A stretch of 64,000 nt of DNA from positions 9,244 through 73,243 of the forward strand of contig JBHPMF010000003.1 in the NCBI GenBank assembly GCA_042563375.1, read 5' to 3'. The notes under the pieces were generated by a model. The model worked only from the letters and a program-made list of their open reading frames with translations, made no database searches and was not told where the DNA came from. This document shows positions 45,953 through 55,438 of this stretch, piece by piece. This DNA comes from Elusimicrobiota bacterium. Lineage in GTDB: Bacteria > Elusimicrobiota > Elusimicrobia > JACQPE01. Positions within the stretch are counted from its first letter, which is position 1. Each line of letters begins with the position of its first letter. Both the position numbers and the translations under genes were made by a program.

Positions 45953-46458
45953 GGAGCCCAGATTTTCTGATATTCCTTTATTTCGCGCTTTACTTTTATT
46001 TTATCCCAGGGGCCAAGGCGGTCAATGATGAGCTTGCCTTCAAGGTGGTCGATTTCATGCTGGAGAGCGCGCGCTAAAAGGCCTTTAGCTTTTATCTCAA
46101 AAGGCACGCCATTCTCATCATATGAGAGGATCCTTATCATCTCACTTCGTTTTACCTGGCAGAATATGCCGGGAAGAGATAAGCATCCTTCTGATTCAGT
46201 AATATGCCCTTTTTCCTCGATTATCTTCGGGTTAATGAGCACTATTCTTTTGCTTTTGCCGCTGGGTTTGGCATCAATCACAGCCATTTTTATAGGCAGC
46301 CCCACCTGATTGGCGGCGAGTCCGATGCCATTGACCCCATACATGGTCTCAAGCATGTCTCCCACAAGGCTTGTGAGATCATCAGACCATGCTTTGATGT
46401 TCTTGCTGGTTGTTTGCAGTGATTCTTCCGGGTATTTGCATATTCTAAGAACTGCCAT
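45943..46458 (-). CDS. def: Peptide deformylase
   Basis: GIGLAANQVG, EGCLSLPG and QHEIDHLEG motifs. The start MAVLRICKYP is preferred over the upstream ATG at 46494. Confidence 0.9.
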   Translation of the reverse strand: MAVLRICKYPEESLQTTSKNIKAWSDDLTSLVGDMLETMYGVNGIGLAANQVGLPIKMAVIDAKPSGKSKRIVLINPKIIEEKGHITESEGCLSLPGIFCQVKRSEMIRILSYDENGVPFEIKAKGLLARALQHEIDHLEGKLIIDRLGPWDKIKVKREIKEYQKIWAPCA

Positions 46459-46517
46459 ATGTCTATTATCCCAAAAAATAGGGGCAGGGCACAAGGCATG
46501 GATAGAAACTTATAAGG

Positions 46518-46574
46518 GCTAAATGCTAAATGAAAAAATCTTTTATTTTTAGCATTTATAATTCAGCATTTAGC
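46518..46574. repeat. GCTAAATG-word inverted repeat in the divergent def / pfkB promoter region
   Basis: GCTAAATGCTAAATGAAAAA ... TTTTTAGCATTTATAATTCAGCATTTAGC. Confidence 0.6.
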
Positions 46575-46669
46575 ATTATCGGCTATATTGAGCATTTTAG
46601 TGTTATTGTTAGGGGTGGAATAAAGAACTAAAATAACCTGAAGACGCAATTAGTAATTTTGGAGGTTTT

Positions 46670-47620
46670 ATGGGTATAGTTGTCGTAGGGTCCATTGCTT
46701 TGGATACGATTTCCACGCCGAAGATAAAAAGAAATAATGTTTTAGGAGGAAGCGCTGTTTACGCGAGCCTGGCTTTGGCTCCCTTTATCAAGCCGCGTAT
46801 GCTCGGCGTTGTAGGGGAAGATTTCCCAAAAGATTATATTAACAGACTTCATGATCGCGGGATCGACACAGAGGGAGTGCAGATCATGAAGGGCAAGACT
46901 TTTGCATGGGAAGGCTCATATGGAGATGATCTTAGCGAAGCCTGCACTCGTTCAACATGCCTTAATGTTTTTGAGACTTTTGATCCATCCGTACCTGATT
47001 CCTATGCTGATGAAAAATTCCTGTTTTTGGGCAACATCGACCCTGTGTTACAGCTGCGAGTGCTCAAGAAGATGAAAAAGCCGAAGATCGTGGCTACTGA
47101 CACCATAGACCTATGGCTTGACACAAAGCTCGATGTCTTAAAAGAGCTTTTGCACCATATTGATATTTTCTTTATCAATGAAAAAGAATCAAAAAAGCTC
47201 TCAGGCGAGAAAAAAGTGCTTACTGCTTCAAGGAAGATCAGCGGTTGGGGGCCGCGTATTGTAGTTGTTAAAAGCGGGGAGCACGGGGCTCAGGCGTTTC
47301 ACAGGGAAGCTAACCGCTTTTATATGGCTCCTGCTTATCCCGGGTGTGAAGTCGTGGATCCCACCGGAGCGGGAGATTCATTCGCAGGAGGGTTTTTAGG
47401 CAGCCTGGTAAATGAAAAAGATCCGTTTAGGGATACTGCGATAAAGAAGGCTTTGTATGCCGGCAATGTTTTGTCATCATACGCCATATCCACCTTTAGC
47501 GTTGATTATCTGCTCAATCTGGCCAAGGAAGAAGTTGAATCCAGGCTCAAAATGCTCACTGACATGACATTTTGCAAATTCGCTCCTTTTAAGATATTTT
47601 CCGTGCCCGCGAGAAATTAA
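46670..47620 (+). CDS. PfkB-family carbohydrate/nucleoside kinase
   Basis: GGSAVYAS N-terminal motif and DPTGAGDSFAGGF ATP-binding motif. Confidence 0.8.
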   Translation: MGIVVVGSIALDTISTPKIKRNNVLGGSAVYASLALAPFIKPRMLGVVGEDFPKDYINRLHDRGIDTEGVQIMKGKTFAWEGSYGDDLSEACTRSTCLNVFETFDPSVPDSYADEKFLFLGNIDPVLQLRVLKKMKKPKIVATDTIDLWLDTKLDVLKELLHHIDIFFINEKESKKLSGEKKVLTASRKISGWGPRIVVVKSGEHGAQAFHREANRFYMAPAYPGCEVVDPTGAGDSFAGGFLGSLVNEKDPFRDTAIKKALYAGNVLSSYAISTFSVDYLLNLAKEEVESRLKMLTDMTFCKFAPFKIFSVPARN

Positions 47621-47700
47621 CATGGGTTTTAGGGGCAGCCCTGCTTTTTGTTTGCGAAAATCAGGGAGAGGTCCTGTTGGTTTTTATGTAGGATAAACAC

Positions 47701-48003
47701 ATGAATCGGCCGATATATGTGAAAGACCTGGCAGCCTTCCTGGGTGTTATTATGATTTTTTTCGCGGTTTACTCGGTCGCCGAGAAGCTTACTTTAACAA
47801 GTTATTACCCTTCTCCGTACGGAGCTTATAAAGAAGTCAAAGTAACAGAAAGCATAACGATCAAAGCAAGTTATAATTGCACTAACTTCAATAAATCACC
47901 AGTTGGAAACGCGAGATTCTGTTTTGATCCCGCAGACAGTAAGTTGAAAATCTCGGAAAATAATCTAGATTATCATCCTATCCACGCTTTTTACGCTCCA
48001 TGA
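47701..48003 (+). CDS. Small N-terminally anchored protein with the TSYYPSPYG motif
   Basis: TM (LAAFLGVIMIFFAVYSV), then AEKLTLTSYYPSPYGAYKEV. ATGA overlap with the BNR protein gene. Confidence 0.5.
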   Translation: MNRPIYVKDLAAFLGVIMIFFAVYSVAEKLTLTSYYPSPYGAYKEVKVTESITIKASYNCTNFNKSPVGNARFCFDPADSKLKISENNLDYHPIHAFYAP

Positions 48004-49427
48004 GGACCAGGGCCACAATCCTTCTCGCGGTGTTTTTTGCGTTTGTATTGCCTGTTTTATCTGAATCATGGGTGGCAACAAGTGTTATGCTGCCTGGCAC
48101 AGGCGGCAAAGCAGGTGAGGAAACAGCAATAGTGAGCGCTCTGCTCGTGGTGCCCGGGGCAGGGGTTTTCGCGGGACTATTTAATTCTGACAAGCTTTTT
48201 AAGACAAGCGACGGCGGAGAATCATGGACGAATGCCGGGCAATTGGGATCAGGCGTACGGGTGAATTCTCTTTTTTTAACAAAGGATAAAAGGATCCTGG
48301 CTGCTGTGGCTACAACACAAGAGGGTTATGCTATAGCTGAGTCAGGAGACAAGGGCGCGTCATGGCATAAATTGGGCGTTCTCTCTACCGCACAGGAAGC
48401 TTTCGTGGTCATAGAAACTGAAGATAAAAAGATTTACGCTGGATTCGTAAGTGGAACGCATGGGCAGGTGTATAGATATACTGACACTGATTGGGAAGAT
48501 ACCGGACTTAACAGCGCGGGAGGAGGTGTGCATTCCCTGATTCAGAGCACAGACGGAGTGATTTATGCCGGTACTGCTCAAGGCAGTCTGTATAAGCTTG
48601 AGTCTCCCTGGACACCGGGCGGTTGGAACAAAATAAATTTAGCGGGTGTACAGCACGTGGAGACATTGTTTGAGGCGTCTGGCGGGTGGATTTTTATGGG
48701 CGGGTGCACATCCGGAGCTGACGCGAAAATATACAGAAGCAATGATGGTTTTGCGAGTTGGAGCGAGTATAGTATAGCTATGCCAACCGGGGGAAATCCT
48801 CATGGCGTGTATAAAATCATGCAGGCAGGCAATGGGGCGCTTTATACAACAACAAGTCCATCGGGCGGAGACAAGGCAAGAATTGTGTTTAAATCATCCG
48901 ATGGCGGAGTTACTTGGGTAGATGCGGGGGAGGTTTCAGATGATGCTGAGATCGGATATGATATTGCACAAGGGGAAGATGGCGCTATATACGTGGGAAC
49001 AAAGAAAGGCGTTCATAAAACCGGAACCTGTTCCGGTCCTCAGGAAGCCGGTTTTTTTACTTGGACAGATGATCTCACTGCTGATGCAACCAAGATCAGG
49101 GTGATTCATATTGAGGAATTAAGGACTCATATTAATTTTTTGCGCGCGGATGCGGGACTTGTGGAGTGTTCAACGGCTGCTGCCACGTCTCCTGAATGTT
49201 GGGCAGTGGGCAGCATGATTAGCACCAATACCACGCCTGTAAGGACTTCACATATTACAAAGCTTCGCACAGCATTAAGCGCTGTGTATGTTCAATGCGC
49301 CCAGCCTCTGCCCGATCTTCCGGGAACAACATCGCCCTGGGCAGAGCCGATAATCAGCGCTAATTCGACAGTGATAAAAGCCCAGCATTTCCAGGAGGTC
49401 AGAGACTATGTTGACAATGCTCCCTAG
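48000..49427 (+). CDS. Secreted BNR/Asp-box beta-propeller protein with a C-terminal triple-repeat domain
   Basis: Signal peptide. Asp-boxes TSDGGESW, SGDKGASW, SNDGFASW and SSDGGVTW. The C-terminus has 3x (I/V)(R/K)..H(I/F)..(L/V)R. Confidence 0.65.
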   Translation: MRTRATILLAVFFAFVLPVLSESWVATSVMLPGTGGKAGEETAIVSALLVVPGAGVFAGLFNSDKLFKTSDGGESWTNAGQLGSGVRVNSLFLTKDKRILAAVATTQEGYAIAESGDKGASWHKLGVLSTAQEAFVVIETEDKKIYAGFVSGTHGQVYRYTDTDWEDTGLNSAGGGVHSLIQSTDGVIYAGTAQGSLYKLESPWTPGGWNKINLAGVQHVETLFEASGGWIFMGGCTSGADAKIYRSNDGFASWSEYSIAMPTGGNPHGVYKIMQAGNGALYTTTSPSGGDKARIVFKSSDGGVTWVDAGEVSDDAEIGYDIAQGEDGAIYVGTKKGVHKTGTCSGPQEAGFFTWTDDLTADATKIRVIHIEELRTHINFLRADAGLVECSTAAATSPECWAVGSMISTNTTPVRTSHITKLRTALSAVYVQCAQPLPDLPGTTSPWAEPIISANSTVIKAQHFQEVRDYVDNAP

Positions 49428-49568
49428 TTTTTATTGCTGTCCAAGGTTTTAGGGGTTGCCGCCTCTTGCATTTCCAAGAGTTTTGCGATGCTGTTGATGC
49501 AACACACTAGTACGCTTCTTTATAAGTTGGTAAGATAATAAATTAGCCGGTAATAACAGGGATTTATC

Positions 49569-51173
49569 ATGAAAACTCAAGTTAAAGACGCGAAAACCCA
49601 GGAACACCTCTCGGTCAGCGGGATCACTAAAACAATATCAGGATTTGAAGTTGACCCAATCTATCTGCCAAAGGACAAGCAAAAACCCGCAGAGCTTCCC
49701 GGGCATTTTCCATATACCCGTGGTATAAGCCCTTCGGGATACAGAGCAAGGCCATGGACAATAAGGCAGTTTTCAGGGCATGGCACTCCAAAGGAAACCA
49801 ATGAGCGCTTAAAATACCTTCTCGCTCATGGCGAGACAGGGCTTTCAGTTGCTTTTGACCTCCCCACTTTAATGGGCCTTGATTCAGATGATGCTTTTTC
49901 AGAGGGGGAAGTGGGAAAAGAAGGCGTGGCGATCGACACGCTAAAGGATTTCGAGATCCTTTTTGATGGTATCACGCTCGGCAATGTATCAACATCAATG
50001 ACCATCAACTTGCCTGCGGTAACGCTTTTTTCAATGTATGTGGCTCTTGCGCAAAAACAGGGAGCCAATCTTGCCAGGATCCGCGGCACTTGCCAGACAG
50101 ATATACTCAAGGAATTCATAGCCCAGAATGAATATATGTATCCTCCTGAAGCTTCCTTAAGGCTGGTTTGCGACATGATCGAATACGCCACGAATAATCT
50201 GCCGCGATATTTTCCAATATCAATATCGGGTTATCATATAAGGGAAGCAGGAGCCACAGCTTGCGAGGAGCTCGCATTCACTCTTGCTGATGGCATGGAT
50301 TATGCGCGCCGCCTGGTTGATCGCGGGCTTGATCCTGATAAATTCGCAAGGCATCTTTCATTCTTCTTTGATATCCATAATTACTTTTTTGAAGAGATCG
50401 CGAAACTCAGGGCTGCCAGAAGGATGTGGGCGAAGTTCATGCGAGATGAGATAGGAGCGAAAAAGGAGACGTCCTGGATGCTTCTAACCCATTGCCAGAC
50501 AGCAGGTGTTTCTCTTATGCCTCAGCAGCCTTTAAACAATATCGTGAGGACTGCTTATCAGGCATTAGCTGCTGTGCTTGGAGGAACACAGAGTCTTCAT
50601 ACAAACTCGTATGATGAGGCTTTATGCCTTCCGACAGAGGACGCTGTCAGGGTCGCGCTTCGCACTCAGCAGATAATCCAGCATGAGTCAGGAGTGACCA
50701 ATACAGTGGATCCTTTTGGCGGGTCTTATTACATGGAGTCCCTTACTGACAAGATAGAGGATGAAGCTCAAAAGATCATCAAAGAGATCGATAATATGGG
50801 CGGGGTTGTGCCTGCTTTGCAGGAAGGGTATTTCCACAGGAGGATATCCGAGAGCGCGTACAGATATGAACAGGAAGTGGGGGAAGGAAAAAGAAAGATC
50901 ATTGGAATGAATTGCTGTGTCGGGGATTCCAAAAGGCCTGAGATCCTGAGGATTCCGGGGACCACGGAAAAAGAGCAGGTGCGGTTCTTAAACAAGGTGC
51001 GCAAGGAAAGAAACGCGCAAGAAGTCAAGGATTCCCTGGAGCGCGTTAAGGAAGCAGCAACAGATCCTAAGGTGAATGTGATACCATCGATCCTTTCCGC
51101 TGTGAAGACCTACACATCAGTGGGCGAGATCACGAATGTTCTGCGCGAAGTATTCGGGACATACCGGCAATGA
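49569..51173 (+). CDS. Methylmalonyl-CoA (acyl-CoA) mutase large subunit, catalytic domain only
   Basis: PGHFPYTRGISPSGYRARPWTIRQFSGHGTPKETNERLKYLLAHGETGLSVAFDLPT. No B12-binding domain or partner gene is nearby. Confidence 0.9.
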   Translation: MKTQVKDAKTQEHLSVSGITKTISGFEVDPIYLPKDKQKPAELPGHFPYTRGISPSGYRARPWTIRQFSGHGTPKETNERLKYLLAHGETGLSVAFDLPTLMGLDSDDAFSEGEVGKEGVAIDTLKDFEILFDGITLGNVSTSMTINLPAVTLFSMYVALAQKQGANLARIRGTCQTDILKEFIAQNEYMYPPEASLRLVCDMIEYATNNLPRYFPISISGYHIREAGATACEELAFTLADGMDYARRLVDRGLDPDKFARHLSFFFDIHNYFFEEIAKLRAARRMWAKFMRDEIGAKKETSWMLLTHCQTAGVSLMPQQPLNNIVRTAYQALAAVLGGTQSLHTNSYDEALCLPTEDAVRVALRTQQIIQHESGVTNTVDPFGGSYYMESLTDKIEDEAQKIIKEIDNMGGVVPALQEGYFHRRISESAYRYEQEVGEGKRKIIGMNCCVGDSKRPEILRIPGTTEKEQVRFLNKVRKERNAQEVKDSLERVKEAATDPKVNVIPSILSAVKTYTSVGEITNVLREVFGTYRQ

Positions 51174-52498
51174 AGAACAGCATACAGCATGCAGTAGTCA
51201 GTATACAGGGCGTAATAAAGAAGATCCTTTTGATCTGTCTGCTGTCTGCTGTCTGCTGTCTGCCTTCTCCTGTGTGGTGCGCTTCTCCCGCTGTCAAGGA
51301 GATCGATATGCAGGAGGCAGTGCGGCTTACATATTTGAATAATCCGGAGATACTGGGTTCTCTTGAGGATTTCGCGATCTCAGAGCAAAAACTCAAGCAG
51401 GCAAGGCATCTTTATTTTCCGCAGTTCGGTTTTGACGCAAGCGCCACAAGCTTTAAAGCCCAGAGGAGTTTTGTGACTTCAGAGGGTATTGGCGGGGTCT
51501 TGTTCACGCCGCAGGATGATAAGCGGCTGTATATGGGCAGGGGTTTTGTGGAATATCCGTTTTATACAGGCGGCCAGATAAAAAACGCGATAGTCATGGC
51601 CAAAGCCGCGCACGAGAAGGCTCAAAGCCAGAAAAGCAAGACAGATTCCAAAGCATTGAAACAAGTGAAGATAAAGCTTGTTGAGTATCTCTTCCTTAAA
51701 GAGAAGCGCCAGACTTGCGAGACGCTTGTCAAAGATTGGTCGCAGCTTAAAGGCGGGTCCTCCGGGCCCAGCGGAAGATTGCTGGCAAACGACATGCTTT
51801 TTCAGCTTGAGTCGGATCTTGACAGCATAGAAAGCAATGAACTGCCCAATACAAAGTCAGAAGTGCTCAATGCCATAGGGCTTGATCTCTCCAGCGAGGT
51901 GAAATTGACCGGAACCTTGCATGATCTGCCTGTTCCTGATAAATTACCCGAACTCAATCAGGCTCTGAGCTGGGCAAGGGAATACAGGCCCGAGTATAAG
52001 GAAGAAGCCCTTGAAAGCGAGATGGACGCTACATATGTGGCGATAGCTTTGGCAGGCAGGCACCCTTCAATAAGCGTGGGCGGGATATATGAGTTTATGG
52101 GAGCGAGATTTCCTCTCAGAAAGATCAACTGGGCGGGGATGCTCAAAGTCCATTTTCCCCTATCGTGGGATACCTGGGCAACGATCCGGGAGCAGCGCGC
52201 GAAACAGCGCAAGGGCCAGATGAAGCGCTTGGCCACAGCGGATAAAATAAGGCTCGAGGTGGAGCAAGCATACCTGAATTTAAAAACAGATTTGCAGAAG
52301 CTCCATAAGACGAAAAAGATATTTGAAGAATGGAAGAATAATATCGTCCGGGTCGCCCAAGGAACAAATGATACCTACAAAAGATACCTTCTCTTCAACA
52401 GGTGGCGCACAGTAAGCCTGGACTATGCCAGCGCATATGCCAAAGCCATGATATCCCGATACACCCTGGAACATGCTATCGGCAAACCCCTCGAATAA
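51170..52498 (+). CDS. TolC-family outer membrane efflux protein
   Basis: Signal peptide, AVRLTYLNNPEI motif, and a two-repeat coiled layout. ATGA overlap with the mutase gene. Confidence 0.7.
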   Translation: MKNSIQHAVVSIQGVIKKILLICLLSAVCCLPSPVWCASPAVKEIDMQEAVRLTYLNNPEILGSLEDFAISEQKLKQARHLYFPQFGFDASATSFKAQRSFVTSEGIGGVLFTPQDDKRLYMGRGFVEYPFYTGGQIKNAIVMAKAAHEKAQSQKSKTDSKALKQVKIKLVEYLFLKEKRQTCETLVKDWSQLKGGSSGPSGRLLANDMLFQLESDLDSIESNELPNTKSEVLNAIGLDLSSEVKLTGTLHDLPVPDKLPELNQALSWAREYRPEYKEEALESEMDATYVAIALAGRHPSISVGGIYEFMGARFPLRKINWAGMLKVHFPLSWDTWATIREQRAKQRKGQMKRLATADKIRLEVEQAYLNLKTDLQKLHKTKKIFEEWKNNIVRVAQGTNDTYKRYLLFNRWRTVSLDYASAYAKAMISRYTLEHAIGKPLE

Positions 52499-53570
52499 CG
52501 CGATAAAGGTGACAAAAGTGAAAAAAGTGACAAACGCGGGAAATTGTCGTTTCTTTATCACCTTTATCACCTTTATCACCTTTATCACTTCTTTCGCTTT
52601 CTGCTTTGAGCCCGCCTATTCCGTTGACGAGATCTTCGCATTGCCAAGCGAGAAAGAGATCGCTGTTGAGCTTTTGTGGGACGCGTGGAAAGATATCCCG
52701 CAAGAAAGAAGGGGCACAACCGCCGTAGTGCTTTCAGGAGGCGGCGCAAGGGGATTCGCGCACATGGGTGTTTTGCGGCATCTTGACGAGATAGGGTTTC
52801 CTATTGAGGCGATAGCAGGCACAAGCGCCGGGGCTGTTGTGGGCGGGTTATATGCCGCGGGAATCCGAATAGCCGATCTTGGCGGGCTCACAGGAAGATT
52901 TGATTTCTTGAAAAAGGGCTGGGCGCGCAAAACAAGGATAATGCGGATCGGCAGGAAAAACGGCCTTGCTTCCAGGGGGGATTTTGATAAGTGGATAACA
53001 AAGATCCTCGGTAACATGGAATTCAAGGACCTTCAGATCCCATTTGTGGCGTGCGCAGCTGATCTTTCCAGTGGAAGCCTTGTACTTTTAAAGGAAGGCA
53101 ATCTTGCCTCCGCTCTGCAGGCCGCAGCCACGATCCCGGGGCTTTTTGAAGCTGTGTCTATAAGGCAGTATTTTCTTGTTGATGGCGGTACATTAAACAA
53201 TGTGCCTACTGATGTGGCTTATCAGATGGGAGCGAAAAACGTGCTGGTTGTGGATGTTTCATCTCAACTTGGAAAAACTCCCATCACAAGGCCTCCTACT
53301 GCTTTACGCGCTTTATACAGAGTGATAGATATACAGGCTAGTTATCTTAATGCTCAAGGACAGGGAGACGCGGGGGATTATGCCCTGCGGGCGGGTGATC
53401 CGGAAGTGTTGCTTTATGAGATGTGGAGATGGAGGCAATGCTGGGAAAGAGGTCTGAAGGTCTCAAGAGGGGAAACCCATGATCTCAAACTCGCGTTCAT
53501 CAAGAAAACAGCAAAAGAATTAGGCGCAGGATTTTTCAGCAGTATTCAGGTAAAGGCCGATCAAGAATAA
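52473..53570 (+). CDS. Patatin-like phospholipase
   Basis: SGGGARGFAHMGVL oxyanion motif, GTSAG nucleophile and VDGG aspartate motif. The N-terminal hydrophobic core is encoded by a 9-nt tandem repeat. Confidence 0.8.
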   Translation: MLSANPSNNAIKVTKVKKVTNAGNCRFFITFITFITFITSFAFCFEPAYSVDEIFALPSEKEIAVELLWDAWKDIPQERRGTTAVVLSGGGARGFAHMGVLRHLDEIGFPIEAIAGTSAGAVVGGLYAAGIRIADLGGLTGRFDFLKKGWARKTRIMRIGRKNGLASRGDFDKWITKILGNMEFKDLQIPFVACAADLSSGSLVLLKEGNLASALQAAATIPGLFEAVSIRQYFLVDGGTLNNVPTDVAYQMGAKNVLVVDVSSQLGKTPITRPPTALRALYRVIDIQASYLNAQGQGDAGDYALRAGDPEVLLYEMWRWRQCWERGLKVSRGETHDLKLAFIKKTAKELGAGFFSSIQVKADQE

Positions 53571-54370
53571 TGCAAATCAAAAGATATAACAACCGGAAGA
53601 TCCAAATGATCGTATTCTTATTTCTACTTTTCACTTTTCATTTTTCACTTTTCACTTCTTCCCTGTCAGCTTTCTCTATTTTCGGCGAAGGCCACCGCGA
53701 ACTCAAAGACATAACAGAACAGGCTGACAATGCTTTTGAGGAAAAGCGTTATCATGACGCAGTTGCTTTGCTTGAAGAGGCAGGCAGAAGATATCCGCGT
53801 AAAGCATATGTAAGGCTTAATCTGGCTCATATCTACAGGAAGGTGGGGCTTCTTGATAAGGCCAGGGGCTGCGCCATGTCCGCTCTTAAAGATTCCAGAG
53901 GTGCGCAGAGAAACGCAGTAAGAAGGGAGCTCGCCTTGATATATTATCACCTTAAGCTTTTTGAGTATGCGCGGGAAGTATTGGGCAATATCACAAAGAA
54001 AAGCCAGTTTGACACGATCCTCAGGTCCAGGGTTTTAATGGGGCTTGGACTATGGGAGGAAGCTCATATAATACTTGAAAGCCTTCCGGATGATATCGAC
54101 AATATTGATTTTTGGAGAGGCTGGTGTTTATGGAAATCCGGCAAGAAAGAAGATGCTTTGGCTCAAATATCGCAGGCGCCTGATAATGCGATTTCCAGGA
54201 TTTTTAACGCAAAAACAATTGATAAAAACTTAAACGCGTGGGGAGTTCTTGCTTTTGCAGCCAAACAAGCGGTTTTGGGGAAAGCAACCGATGTATTGAA
54301 TGGCTCAACTTATATAAGCGGCAAAGCCGACAAGGACGCGATCGAAATGATCGAAGCGTTAAAAAAGTGA
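53570..54370 (+). CDS. Secreted TPR-repeat protein
   Basis: Signal peptide (FLFLLFTFHFSLFTSSLSA) and TPR-like helices (YHDAVALLEEAGRRYP...). Confidence 0.6.
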   Translation: MQIKRYNNRKIQMIVFLFLLFTFHFSLFTSSLSAFSIFGEGHRELKDITEQADNAFEEKRYHDAVALLEEAGRRYPRKAYVRLNLAHIYRKVGLLDKARGCAMSALKDSRGAQRNAVRRELALIYYHLKLFEYAREVLGNITKKSQFDTILRSRVLMGLGLWEEAHIILESLPDDIDNIDFWRGWCLWKSGKKEDALAQISQAPDNAISRIFNAKTIDKNLNAWGVLAFAAKQAVLGKATDVLNGSTYISGKADKDAIEMIEALKK

Positions 54371-54450
54371 AAAGTAAAAAGCAGGAAATAAGTATTCGAT
54401 AGCATGTTTAACAACCTCGCTTCTTTTTCTCTTGCTTTTCACGTGCTCAT

Positions 54451-55359
54451 TTGACCATGCTGCCCTTTATTATTCTCGCGCTCGCCTTGAGCTTGTTCGC
54501 AGCTTGTTGCTTGTTGATCTGGCATTATTCCGGCATCATTATCCATCCGCGCAGGGAGCCTGTGACAAGTTTTCCCGGGTTTTTTGGATTGGATTACGAG
54601 GAAGTATCATTTAAGGCGCAGGATGGTCTTATGTGCTCAGGGTGGTGGGTGCCTGCTGCGGGGCAGACTTCTGACAAGACGATCATCCTTTGCCATGGAT
54701 GGGGCACAAATAAAGGAGACATCCTTCAGGCAACATGGAAGCTGGCCAGAGAAGGATTCAATCTTCTTTATTTTGATTTCCGGGGCCATGGCGCTTCAGA
54801 GACAAAAGGCCCTTCTTCATTGGGGTATCTTGAGCAAAAAGATCTAAGAGGCGCTATTAATTTTATAAATCAGGCAAAAGTGCAGAGTTCCAGGAGCATG
54901 GCTATATACGGGTTATCCATGGGAGCAAGCGTGTCATTCTGCATTGGAAGTTCTTCTGACGCGAAAGCCGTGTCCGCGATAGTGTGCGAATCGCCTTTTG
55001 CCAGCGCGAAAGAGGCTGTGTGGAGATATGCGAGGCTCAATTTCGACTTCCCCAAGTTTCCCTTGCTCGATATTGTTTTTAAGGTGATAAGCTTTAGAGC
55101 CGGCAATATTGACCATGAAGCGCACGCTCCCGTGTCGGTTGCGCGTGATTTTAATGTTCCAAGACTCATGATGATCTACGCAGAAGCAGATGAGCTATGC
55201 CCCCCAAAAGACGGTGAGCTTATTGCCTCCGCCATGAAAAAAGATATTCATGTTGAGACCTGGATCTGCCCTAATGCGGGCCATGCGCAGTGTTTCAGCG
55301 AGAACCCTGTTGAGTTCCACGAGAAACTGTCATCATTTTTCAAGAAATACGTTAAATAG
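54451..55359 (+). CDS. Membrane-anchored alpha/beta hydrolase
   Basis: N-terminal TM, HGWG oxyanion motif, GLSMGA nucleophile elbow, and late D and H (NAGHAQ). Confidence 0.75.
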   Translation: MTMLPFIILALALSLFAACCLLIWHYSGIIIHPRREPVTSFPGFFGLDYEEVSFKAQDGLMCSGWWVPAAGQTSDKTIILCHGWGTNKGDILQATWKLAREGFNLLYFDFRGHGASETKGPSSLGYLEQKDLRGAINFINQAKVQSSRSMAIYGLSMGASVSFCIGSSSDAKAVSAIVCESPFASAKEAVWRYARLNFDFPKFPLLDIVFKVISFRAGNIDHEAHAPVSVARDFNVPRLMMIYAEADELCPPKDGELIASAMKKDIHVETWICPNAGHAQCFSENPVEFHEKLSSFFKKYVK

Positions 55360-55438
55360 CCGATACGCCGGCAAGCATCATGGGTAATAGTATTCTTTCT
55401 TACTTATAAACTTATCAACTATACTGTATGTAATAATT

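Noticed and set aside
47624-49466. GGTTTTAGGGG direct repeats (47624-47634 and 49446-49456) flanking the anchor-BNR module as att-like sites
   Set aside because: Only about 11 nt are shared, which is compatible with chance or with terminator-like sequence. No recombinase is nearby.
49428-49568. Cobalamin riboswitch upstream of the acyl-CoA mutase gene
   Set aside because: No B12-box-like consensus or extended conserved helices were recognised by eye. A covariance-model scan would be needed to be sure.
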